64,000 nt of DNA from the NCBI GenBank assembly GCA_965232515.1, contig CBDDPY010000002.1, forward strand, positions 512,001 through 576,000, in the 5' to 3' direction. Under the pieces are notes generated by a model. That model searched no databases. It saw only the letters and a list, made by a program, of their open reading frames with translations, and was not told where the DNA came from. Positions 38,795 through 46,838 of the stretch are shown here, piece after piece (position 1 is the stretch's first letter; each line of letters starts with the position of its first letter). The translations under genes were made by a program, and so were the position numbers. Origin of the DNA: Alphaproteobacteria bacterium (GTDB lineage: Bacteria > Pseudomonadota > Alphaproteobacteria > GCA-2731375).

Positions 38795-39006
38795 GACAGC
38801 CGCCCGTCGCAGACCGACCGGGCCCTGCGGAAGGCTGGGGCGTACACTATGTCGGTTGTGCTTCGCGGCATGTTCGCGCGGCGCGAAGAGGGCTTTACGC
38901 CTATTCCGAGAAAAATCTTGTTTCAAATCTGTTGCGTCTTTGCCATTCTTGCATGAGGGCGTTGGTGCACAACGCCCGATGGTTCTCGGGCTCGGCAAGG
39001 GAATCG

Positions 39007-39630
39007 ATGGCGATGTTGGGGTCAAGGGCAGTTCGGCGTCTGGCGGTCGCGGCGGGGATGCTTGTCGCGGCCTTCACGGCGGGTGGCGCGCCGCAGGCGG
39101 CGGCCGTCGTCATCACGCATGCATACAGTGCGGAACAGGTTGGCGGGGTCGGCACCGTCGCCGGTCTCTTCCAATACGATACGGACACGCCGGACACCAC
39201 TCCCGGCCCGCAGGGCGGGTCCTACGCCGGCACCTGGTCCGGCGCCGTGACCGGCGGGCCGCAGGACGGCGGGGTCTTTTCGTTTGCCGCCACATTCCTC
39301 GTACAGGATCTCTTTCCCGCAGTTCCCGGCAACGTCGACCGCCTTACCGTCCTGAACCCGGCAGGTCTCTCGCTTGCATCTTTGCCGGCAATCGGTGATC
39401 TGTTCACGGATGACAGCCTACCGACCAACCTCAATTTGGCAGACTTCCAGAACCCCCTTATCACCCTGGACGGATTGGACTTCGGCAATTCCGTTCTGAT
39501 AAACTACAACATCGTCTCGCTGGAGCGGGTCGCGGAGCCGGTGCCGGAGCCGGGAACCATGCTCCTCCTCGGCGCCGGCCTGATCGGCCTCCTCGGCGCC
39601 CGCCGCCGGGGGCGCGGACGAAAGGCGTAA
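39007..39630 (+). CDS. PEP-CTERM sorting domain protein
   Basis: Signal peptide; C-terminal VPEPGTMLLLGAGLIGLLGARRRGRGRK. Confidence 0.9.
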   Translation: MAMLGSRAVRRLAVAAGMLVAAFTAGGAPQAAAVVITHAYSAEQVGGVGTVAGLFQYDTDTPDTTPGPQGGSYAGTWSGAVTGGPQDGGVFSFAATFLVQDLFPAVPGNVDRLTVLNPAGLSLASLPAIGDLFTDDSLPTNLNLADFQNPLITLDGLDFGNSVLINYNIVSLERVAEPVPEPGTMLLLGAGLIGLLGARRRGRGRKA

Positions 39631-39972
39631 CCTCCCGCAAAATCATCAACTCGCGGCAAAGACCAGATCGCCCACGGAGCCGGCTACCTGCGAGGGTCTC
39701 ATACGATTGCCTGTTGGCCAGCGCCGACGAAATCCCGCTCGCCCGTCGCGCTGCCTGCCATTGGATGCCGTTTTGTCGGATCGGTTGGCTCGTTATTCGG
39801 ACTTTCGCGACAGCAGCGCTGAGATATCACAAATCGGCGATTTGCCTCGCCCCAGTGTTTCGTGGCTAAATCCATTCGCCCTAAGATAGCAGACGGCACG
39901 GGCGACATAAGTGCCGGCAGGGCGCGGCGCATCGACGGCGCCATTTCGCAAAAGTCATCTCGGGGGAGCATC

Positions 39973-41184
39973 ATGACAGCGAGATTTTTGACGACGGCCT
40001 TGCTGGCCGTGCCGACGGCGGCGTTCCTGCTGGCCGGTTTGAGCGACACGGTCGTCGCGCAGCAGAAAGAAGAGGAAGTCCCGTTCTGGGCCATCGGGCG
40101 GCCGGAAGCGGGGCCGGGCGCCAAGCTGGCGCCGGTGCCGTCGCCGCCGATCCCGACCGCGGCCGACAAGCTGCCCAGCCTCAACGTGCCCGCCGGCTTC
40201 AAGGTCGAGGTGTTCGCCAGCGGCATCCTCGACGCGCGTGGTTTGCGCGAGGGCAGCCAGGGCACGATCTTCGTCAGCACGCTGTTCACCGGCGGCGGCA
40301 AGATCCACGCCATCACCGGCGGTCAAACCAAGGAAATCGCCACCGACCTGTTCCTGCCCAACGGCATCGAGTATCGCGACGGGTCGCTTTATGTGGCGAC
40401 GCCGAAGGAGATCCTGCGTTACGACAACATCGAGGCCAGCCTCGACAATCCGCCGAAGCCGGTGACCGTGTTCGACGACATGCCGGGCGTGATCCCGCAC
40501 GGCTGGAAGTTCATCAAGTTCGGTCCCGACGGCAAGCTCTACGTGCCCGTCGGCACGCCGTGCAACATCTGTGAGGAGGATCCCGACTACGCCAAGATCT
40601 TCCGCATCAACGCCGATGGCACCGGCAAGGAAGACGTGGCGCTTGGCGTGCGCAACACGGTCGGCTTCGATTTCGATCCACGCACGGGCGATCTCTGGTT
40701 CACCGACAACCAGCGTGACTGGCTGTCGGAGGATATGCCGCTCGACGAGCTCAACCATGTCAGCCGGCCGGGCGAGCAGCATTTCGGCTATCCCTATTGC
40801 CATTCCGGCATCATGACCGATCCCCAATTCGGCTGGGGCCATTCCTGCGACGACTACACCTCGCCCGCCGCCACGCTGGGCCCGCACTCGGCGCCGCTCG
40901 GCATGCGGTTCTATACCGGCTCGGCCTTCCCCGAGGCCTATCACGGCGCCATCTTCATCGCCCGGCACGGCCCCTGGAACCGGCATCAGAAGTATGCCGA
41001 CGTGTCGGTCGCGTTTCTCGACAAGAACGGCACTGTTCGTGCGGTCGAGCCGTTCCTGACCGGCTTCGTGGTCGGCAACAAGTATGTCGGCCGGCCCGCC
41101 GACGTGCATGTGCTGAAGGACGGTTCGATGCTGGTCTCGGACGACTTCAACGGCGCGATCTACCGCATCACGTATGGCGGCTGA
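39973..41184 (+). CDS. L-sorbosone/PQQ-dependent sugar dehydrogenase family (beta-propeller), exported
   Basis: VPAGFKVEVFA, PNGI, FGPDGKLYV, PCNIC, GVRNTVGFDF, HFGYPYC, HSAPLGMRFY, GRPADV, SDDFNGAIYRI. Confidence 0.88.
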   Translation: MTARFLTTALLAVPTAAFLLAGLSDTVVAQQKEEEVPFWAIGRPEAGPGAKLAPVPSPPIPTAADKLPSLNVPAGFKVEVFASGILDARGLREGSQGTIFVSTLFTGGGKIHAITGGQTKEIATDLFLPNGIEYRDGSLYVATPKEILRYDNIEASLDNPPKPVTVFDDMPGVIPHGWKFIKFGPDGKLYVPVGTPCNICEEDPDYAKIFRINADGTGKEDVALGVRNTVGFDFDPRTGDLWFTDNQRDWLSEDMPLDELNHVSRPGEQHFGYPYCHSGIMTDPQFGWGHSCDDYTSPAATLGPHSAPLGMRFYTGSAFPEAYHGAIFIARHGPWNRHQKYADVSVAFLDKNGTVRAVEPFLTGFVVGNKYVGRPADVHVLKDGSMLVSDDFNGAIYRITYGG

Positions 41185-41839
41185 CGGGGCCGAGGGCTCA
41201 CGATTGCGGGGTGGGCGGCGTCACGCCCACCCCGTTTTTTCGGCGCTGACGGCGGCCGGGCCTTTGCGCCTGGCCGCCGTCCTGGCGCTCGCCCTCACCG
41301 CAACGGACAGGGCGCGCGCGGCCCAGCCCCTCGATGAGTTGGTCGCGCAATGTGCCGCGTGTCACGGGGCCGACGGGAGTGAACCGGCAACGCCCGACAC
41401 GCCGTTGCTCGCCGGTCAGCCGGAGCTCTACGCCCTCTACCAGCTCGTGTTCTTCCGCCAGGGCCAGCGCAAGCAGACCGTTATGAACGAGATCATGCGC
41501 GATCTCGACGACGACACCGTGCGAGCGCTGGCCAAATGGGTCGGCGAGTTGCCCGGCGAACCGCGCCCCGCCGGCGCGGCCGACCCGGAACGCTACCGGC
41601 GCGGCGCCGAGATTGCCGACCGACACCGCTGCGTGCTCTGCCACGACGCCGGTTTCGCCGGCCGCGAGCACATTCCCCGCCTCGCCGGCCAGCAGGAGGC
41701 CTATCTGGGGAAAGCGCTGCGCGACTACCAGACCGGCGCCCGCGTCGGCCTGCAGGCCGCCATGGCCGAAACGCTTACCGGCCTCGACGCCGCCGCCCTC
41801 GACGACCTCGCCCATTACCTGGCCCATTTCCGTCCCTGA
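41174..41839 (+). CDS. Di-heme cytochrome c4/c553 (start uncertain)
   Basis: CAACH and CVLCH, PLLAGQ / PRLAGQ, axial Met in each lobe. Confidence 0.88.
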   Translation: MAADGAEGSRLRGGRRHAHPVFSALTAAGPLRLAAVLALALTATDRARAAQPLDELVAQCAACHGADGSEPATPDTPLLAGQPELYALYQLVFFRQGQRKQTVMNEIMRDLDDDTVRALAKWVGELPGEPRPAGAADPERYRRGAEIADRHRCVLCHDAGFAGREHIPRLAGQQEAYLGKALRDYQTGARVGLQAAMAETLTGLDAAALDDLAHYLAHFRP

Positions 41840-41896
41840 CGACGTGCCGCGGACTGCCGCCCGGGCGGGGCGACCGACGTGGGGCAGCTATGCCGC

Positions 41897-42343
41897 CTAG
41901 TCGTGTGGCTGTTCGGTACGTTTCGCGACGGCCAGCGCCGCGTCCCTGGGCAGGCCCAGCCAGTCGACGGCGGCGGCGGTGTCGTTGAAGAATTCGTAGT
42001 GCAGGTCCGGATCGCTCTCCGTCAGGCAGATCGCGTTCCAGAACGGCATCATGATCCGCGCGTCCTGCGAGCCGTCCAGCACCGCGGCGCCGGCCCGGCG
42101 CTGCACCTTCATTTGCCGATAGAGATTCGTCGCCGCGTCACGGAACGACTTGATCTCGTCGGGATTGATCTCCGAGAGATCGGTGTTTCCTTCGAAGATC
42201 AGCAGGCTGCAGGCGGGCTCCGCGCGCTTGGTCAGCTCGCCGAGCCCGGATATGGCCGCGGCTACCTCCGGCGCGGTAACGCGACCGGAGAAACGCAGCA
42301 CGAAGAGTCCGAGGTCCTTGTCGATGGCATGGATGGCTGGCAT
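41897..42343 (-). CDS. Hypothetical protein (STAS/SpoIIAA-like)
   Basis: LRFSGRVTAPEV ... EFFNDTAAAVDWLG, pattern typical of STAS/SEC14-like small proteins. Confidence 0.65.
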   Translation of the reverse strand: MPAIHAIDKDLGLFVLRFSGRVTAPEVAAAISGLGELTKRAEPACSLLIFEGNTDLSEINPDEIKSFRDAATNLYRQMKVQRRAGAAVLDGSQDARIMMPFWNAICLTESDPDLHYEFFNDTAAAVDWLGLPRDAALAVAKRTEQPHD

Positions 42344-42483
42344 GGCGCCCCCTATTACATGGCCGCGTCGATCTGCCCGTCGCACGGCCGACAAACGCTA
42401 CAACACCTTCATTAGAGGTTCCAAATACCGGGATTTCCGTGGCCGTCCTTTTACCAGGACGGGACGGCATCGGGTGCGCCGTC

Positions 42484-42529
42484 GAGAAAGAAGAGGCGGA
42501 ACCGGCAGGGGTGCTGCCGGTTCCGCCTC
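42484..42529 (-). terminator. Rho-independent terminator-like hairpin
   Basis: GAGGCGGAACCGGCAG (42493-42508) / CTGCCGGTTCCGCCTC (42514-42529), followed on the minus strand by TTCTTTCTC. Confidence 0.75.
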
Positions 42530-42575
42530 AGCAGAGGGTTTCCCAATAAATGGGAGGGAAGTTCCGCGTTGCCGC
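42484..42575 (-). ncRNA. Candidate small RNA with anti-SD motif (5' end unknown)
   Basis: Minus strand reads CUUCCCUCCCAUUUAUUGGGAAACCCUCU, then a perfect 16-bp stem and U-rich tail, inside a ~610-bp gap without a credible ORF. Confidence 0.45.
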
Positions 42576-42953
42576 CGCCGGCGCGTTGGTGCCATCGCCA
42601 TCGGCCGCACTGCGCCGGCGATCGGCGTACGAGCCCGACCGTCGCGAGCGCGATTCGACGCCAGTCGATCCGACCGAGCGTGTTCAGCCGGGTCAACGCC
42701 GAATGCGGACTGGCTCCGCGCCCGTCTTAGGCGGCGAACCGGTCGGCTCGGCCCTGAGGGCATACGCAGCCGCGCCGGTCGGTGGCGCCGTTTTCTCCGA
42801 TGTTGTCGGGTGCCCCAATTCGGAAACGGATCCAGTCCCGCCATCACAGGATGGCGAAGATGAATTTGTCCTGAACGACAGATGAACAGGAGATGAATTT
42901 TCCCGCGCGGCCGTGTTCGCCGCGGCCGGCGGACCGATGCGGGTCGGGCGCGC

Positions 42954-44030
42954 CTATTCGTCGGCCGCGGCGAGCACGGCCGCGAACAGCGCCCTCAGAT
43001 CCGCCATCACTGTCACCTGCTCCTGACCGTAGGTCGCATGGGGATGGTTCCGATTGAATATCATGACCGCGTGGCCCTCGCCGTGAAATCCGGCGAGAAG
43101 GCTCACCCTCAGGATCGTTTCGCCGACAGGGCACGACATGACGGCTTCGCGCATTACATAGGCGCCGTGGTGTTCCGGCGCGGTCAGCCCGTAGGCGAAA
43201 TCGCCGGTGCAGATATCCTGTGCTTCGGACAGCAGCTCGTCGATCAGCTGCTTCTGTGTCAAGTCGGCCAGGGTGACGATGGAGAGGAAGCCGCTGAAAC
43301 TCTGCGTCTTCCAAGCAATGCTCGCGCTCGTCGGCGGATCGACAAAGCGCACCTTCCGGAACCCGGCGGCGTCCAATATCGTCGCGAGCGCCGTCTGCAT
43401 CGTGGCGCTGCGATCCGCTTCTCCGGCGCCGTTGTCGATGGCGAAGGGATTGGATTTACGCGCCGGCCGGTTCGGCGCGGCGAAGGGGTTCCGCGACGGC
43501 GATCCATAGCCGGCGGCGACATCGACGCATTTTACGAGCCGCGACAGCGCCTGGAAGGTGCCGTCCAGGCTGAACCGCATGGTTTGGCTGGCGCCGAGGA
43601 TCGTGAGCGCCCGGCCGCGCCTGAGCGCGTTGAAGGCGGCGTCGCTGTCGCCGAAGGCGAAGCGGACCGACATCGACCGCACGGATATCGGTCCGCCCCT
43701 GTAGATCTGCCGGCCGTCCACCTCGAAGGCCGTGTCGGCGATGTCGGCCCGTTCCAGGTCCCAATCCGGATTGGCCAAGCCGATCTGCAGCTTGTAGGAC
43801 GCCGACATCATAAAGCCCAAGGTCGTGTCGTCGTCGTAGGTCGCCCGGAGCGAGCAATGGCTGAAAGCGCCGCTGTCGACGCTCCGGTGCGCGAAACCTT
43901 TCCAGCCGTTCGCCTCGAAGGGTGCGTATGATTCCGTTTCGGCGCCTGCCGCGGCGCCCGTGCAGGCGAGCAGGCAAACGAACGCCGCCCGCCAGAGGCC
44001 GGCGCGAATGCGGGGCGCGGCCTTAACCAT
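42954..44030 (-). CDS. Uncharacterised exported protein, paralogue B (start uncertain)
   Basis: Signal peptide ending AAAGA; full-length similarity to 32576-33631. Confidence 0.8.
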   Translation of the reverse strand: MVKAAPRIRAGLWRAAFVCLLACTGAAAGAETESYAPFEANGWKGFAHRSVDSGAFSHCSLRATYDDDTTLGFMMSASYKLQIGLANPDWDLERADIADTAFEVDGRQIYRGGPISVRSMSVRFAFGDSDAAFNALRRGRALTILGASQTMRFSLDGTFQALSRLVKCVDVAAGYGSPSRNPFAAPNRPARKSNPFAIDNGAGEADRSATMQTALATILDAAGFRKVRFVDPPTSASIAWKTQSFSGFLSIVTLADLTQKQLIDELLSEAQDICTGDFAYGLTAPEHHGAYVMREAVMSCPVGETILRVSLLAGFHGEGHAVMIFNRNHPHATYGQEQVTVMADLRALFAAVLAAADE

Positions 44031-44277
44031 ATTGGCGAACCAGATCATCATAATTACAACCATACCGGTTCTGCGTCCCGACAGCAATTCGGTCGATGTC
44101 GGGCCGTCGGCCGGAGGTGGCGCGAGACCGGGCAGGCGGATCGTCTCGGGCGTCGAGCGCTGTTATTTCGACATTTTCGGAACAATCGAAGCGAGCCGGA
44201 TTTCCGCCATTCTTTCTGCTTGACGTTTCCTGTGCATGGGGTTGTTCCGCGATCTCTCCCGCGCGTACCCCCCTCCC

Positions 44278-45465
44278 TCAGAGCAGGGCCGGCTCGAGCG
44301 GGAAGTGGGAGAGCAGTTCTGGGCCGTCGGGCGTGATCAGGATCTGCTGTTCCAGCTTCACGCCCTCATGCCCGTCGACCGCGCCGATATAGCTCTCGAG
44401 GCAGAGGGTCATGCCGGCCTGCAGCTCGCCGTCATAGCCGAAGCGCGCGAACTCCTGGGGGTAGGGAATCAGCGGATATTCGTCGCAGAGCCCAACGCCG
44501 TGGGCGATGCAGGAATAGCGGTTCGGCGCGAAGGCCTCGGGCAGCACATAGGCCGTGTCGACGATCTCGCGGTAGCCGGCGCCGACCCGGAACAGTGGCA
44601 GGTTGTGGTCGATCTGCTCGATGGCCATGGCGTAGAGGCGGCGCTGCGCGTCGCTCGCCGGGCCGTCGCCGCAAAGGAAACAGCGCGAGATGTCGGCGCA
44701 ATAGCCGTAGGGACCGATCAGGTCGGTGTCGAAGCTGACGAGGTCGCCCGCCTCGATGACCCGGTCGCCGGCCTCCTGGAACCAGGGGTTCGTGCGCGGG
44801 CCCGAGGTCAGGAGGCGTGTCTCGATCCACTCGCCGCCGTGCGCGATGTTGACCTGGTGCAGGTGCGACCAGAGCTCGTTCTCGGTGATGCCCGGCGCCA
44901 GCACCTCGCGCATGCGGGCCATGCCGGCCTCGGCCGCGGCGATGGCGCTACGCATGGCGGCGAGCTCGTCCGCCGACTTGATGAGGCGCGCCGTCTCCAT
45001 CACCTCGCGCGCTTCAAACAGCTCGATGCCATGCGTTTGCAGGGCGGCGGCGCCGACAGGCGTCAGCTGGTCGACGGCGAGCCGCTTTCCGCACCTCAGG
45101 TCGGCGAGCGCCTCGGCGACGCTCGTCGCCCAGTGGCCGGCCATCTCGTGCTGCCGCTGTCCGGCCGAGAAGAAATCCCAGCCAACCGCCGGCCGCACGT
45201 CCGCCACAGTGTCGAGGCCGTCGTTCAGGTGCCGGGCGCCGTGGAACTCGAAGACGATGGCGCGGCCCTCGGCGGGCACGACCGCAAAGCGCACGGCGTT
45301 GTGCATGGTCCAGACCGCCATGTTACGGCTGTCCGTGGCATAGCGGATGTTGACGGGGTCGTAGAGCAGGCAGGCGTCGTAGTCGCGGGCGCGCAACTCG
45401 GCCTGAACGCGTTCCAGGCGGTATTGACGCATGCGCGGCAGGTCGGGACGCTCGGTCGTCGACAT
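44278..45465 (-). CDS. M24 (Xaa-Pro peptidase fold) protein, DddP DMSP-lyase-like
   Basis: RQYRLERV, DPVNIRYATDSRNM, GGEWIETRLLTSGPRTNPWFQE, FDTDLIGPYGYCADISR, HGVGLCDEYP, CLESY, VKLEQQILIT. Confidence 0.85.
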   Translation of the reverse strand: MSTTERPDLPRMRQYRLERVQAELRARDYDACLLYDPVNIRYATDSRNMAVWTMHNAVRFAVVPAEGRAIVFEFHGARHLNDGLDTVADVRPAVGWDFFSAGQRQHEMAGHWATSVAEALADLRCGKRLAVDQLTPVGAAALQTHGIELFEAREVMETARLIKSADELAAMRSAIAAAEAGMARMREVLAPGITENELWSHLHQVNIAHGGEWIETRLLTSGPRTNPWFQEAGDRVIEAGDLVSFDTDLIGPYGYCADISRCFLCGDGPASDAQRRLYAMAIEQIDHNLPLFRVGAGYREIVDTAYVLPEAFAPNRYSCIAHGVGLCDEYPLIPYPQEFARFGYDGELQAGMTLCLESYIGAVDGHEGVKLEQQILITPDGPELLSHFPLEPALL

Positions 45466-45495
45466 GGCGGGCAGGTTGCCAGAAACGCTGCGGCC

Positions 45496-45524
45496 TTGCA
45501 CGCGCTCCATGCCCGCCCGATACT
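45496..45524 (+). promoter_or_regulatory. Sigma70-like promoter for the nitrile hydratase-like operon
   Basis: TTGCAC-N17-GATACT, 30 bp upstream of ATG 45555. Confidence 0.45.
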
Positions 45525-45554
45525 TGGGCCAACGGACATCATCGAGGGTCGGAC

Positions 45555-45890
45555 ATGAGCGAGAGCACGGGCGGCTATCACGCCCACCACGACATGGGCG
45601 GCGAGCCGGCGGGGTCGGTCGACCGGTCGACGCACGACTACGCCTTCTGGGAGAAGCGGGTCGACGCGCTGATGGTGCTGCTGAGCGCGCCGGAGCGGGG
45701 TCTGCTGCGGGTCGACGAACTGCGCCGCGGCATCGAGAGCCTGGGCGCCTACGCTTACGACCGGATGAGCTATTACGAGCGCTGGATCGCGTCGATCACC
45801 AACATCATGGTCGAGAAGGGCGTGCTGACCCAGGAAGAGATCGACGGCCGTATCGCCGACCTCAAGGCCCGCGGCGTGGGCAAGCCATGA
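45555..45890 (+). CDS. Nitrile hydratase beta N-terminal-half protein (thiocyanate hydrolase ScnB-like)
   Basis: HHDMGG, WEKRVDAL, DELRRGIE, YDRMSYYERW, MVEKGV. Confidence 0.88.
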   Translation: MSESTGGYHAHHDMGGEPAGSVDRSTHDYAFWEKRVDALMVLLSAPERGLLRVDELRRGIESLGAYAYDRMSYYERWIASITNIMVEKGVLTQEEIDGRIADLKARGVGKP

Positions 45891-46174
45891 GTACGCGGTT
45901 CGAACCGGGCGCGGCCGTCCGCGTGCGCGTCGACTACCCCAAGGGCCATTGCCGCACGCCCTACTATTGTCGCGGCAAGTCGGGCGTGGTCGAACGCATC
46001 TGCGGCGAGTTCCGCGACCCCGAGGAACTGGCCTACGGCGGCGAGGGCCTGCCGAAGCAGCCGCTCTATCGCGTACGCTTCAAACAGGCCGAGCTCTGGT
46101 CCGATTACGCCGGGCCGGCGAACGACTGCGTCGAGATCGAGATTTACGAACACTGGCTGGAAGCGGCCGGCTGA
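45887..46174 (+). CDS. Nitrile hydratase beta C-terminal SH3-like protein (ScnA-like)
   Basis: ATGA overlap; RFEPGAAVRV, GHCRTPYYCRGKSG, LYRVRF, ELW, EIYEHWLE. Confidence 0.85.
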   Translation: MSTRFEPGAAVRVRVDYPKGHCRTPYYCRGKSGVVERICGEFRDPEELAYGGEGLPKQPLYRVRFKQAELWSDYAGPANDCVEIEIYEHWLEAAG

Positions 46175-46192
46175 GAACGGAGCACGGATGCC

Positions 46193-46834
46193 ATGAGCGT
46201 CGATCATACCCACGAGCACGGACACGATCACGACCACACGCCGCCACCGGACCAGGACGGCCCCTGGTCCGACTATCAGTATCTCGAGACGGCGGTGCGC
46301 GAGCTGCTGGTCGAGAAGGGCATCTTCAGCAACGATGATGTGCGCAAGATGATCGAGCGTATGGACGCGCGCTCGCCCTCGCGCGGCGCCCAGGTCGTGG
46401 CCAAGGCCTGGACCGATCCGGCCTTCAAGGACCGGCTGCTCGCCGACGGCCGCGGCGCCGTCGAGGAGCTCGGCATCGATATCGAGCCGGTGCGCCTGAT
46501 CGTGGTCGAGAACACCGAGGCCGAGCACAACATGGTGGTCTGCACGCTGTGCTCCTGCTACCCGCGCAACCTGCTCGGCCTGCCGCCGGACTGGTACAAG
46601 GCCAAGGCCTATCGCAGCCGCGCCGTGCGCGAGCCACGCGCCGTGCTGGCCGAGTTCGGCACCGCGTTGCCCGACAACGTCGCCGTGCGCGTGCACGACA
46701 GCACGGCCGACATGCGCTACATGGTGCTGCCGCGCCGGCCCGACGGCACCGAGGGGTTGAGCGAGGCTGAGCTTACCGACCTCGTCACCCGCGACAGCAT
46801 GATCGGCGTCAGCCTGCCGAACACGCCGGCCTGA
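46193..46834 (+). CDS. nthA: Co-type nitrile hydratase alpha / thiocyanate hydrolase gamma-like subunit
   Basis: His-rich N-terminus, GAQVVAKAWTDPAFK, VVCTLCSCYP (Thr = Co-type), YRSRAVREPR, VHDSTADMRYMVLP. Confidence 0.92.
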   Translation: MSVDHTHEHGHDHDHTPPPDQDGPWSDYQYLETAVRELLVEKGIFSNDDVRKMIERMDARSPSRGAQVVAKAWTDPAFKDRLLADGRGAVEELGIDIEPVRLIVVENTEAEHNMVVCTLCSCYPRNLLGLPPDWYKAKAYRSRAVREPRAVLAEFGTALPDNVAVRVHDSTADMRYMVLPRRPDGTEGLSEAELTDLVTRDSMIGVSLPNTPA

Positions 46835-46838
46835 GCGT

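Noticed and set aside
38795-39006. Sigma54 promoter or c-di-GMP riboswitch upstream of the PEP-CTERM gene
   Set aside because: TTGCA is present but there is no GG at the -24 position, and no GEMM consensus could be matched
45555-46174. Frameshifted nitrile hydratase beta pseudogene
   Set aside because: Clean ATGA stop/start overlap at the domain boundary, intact motifs in both halves, and a known three-subunit precedent (thiocyanate hydrolase)
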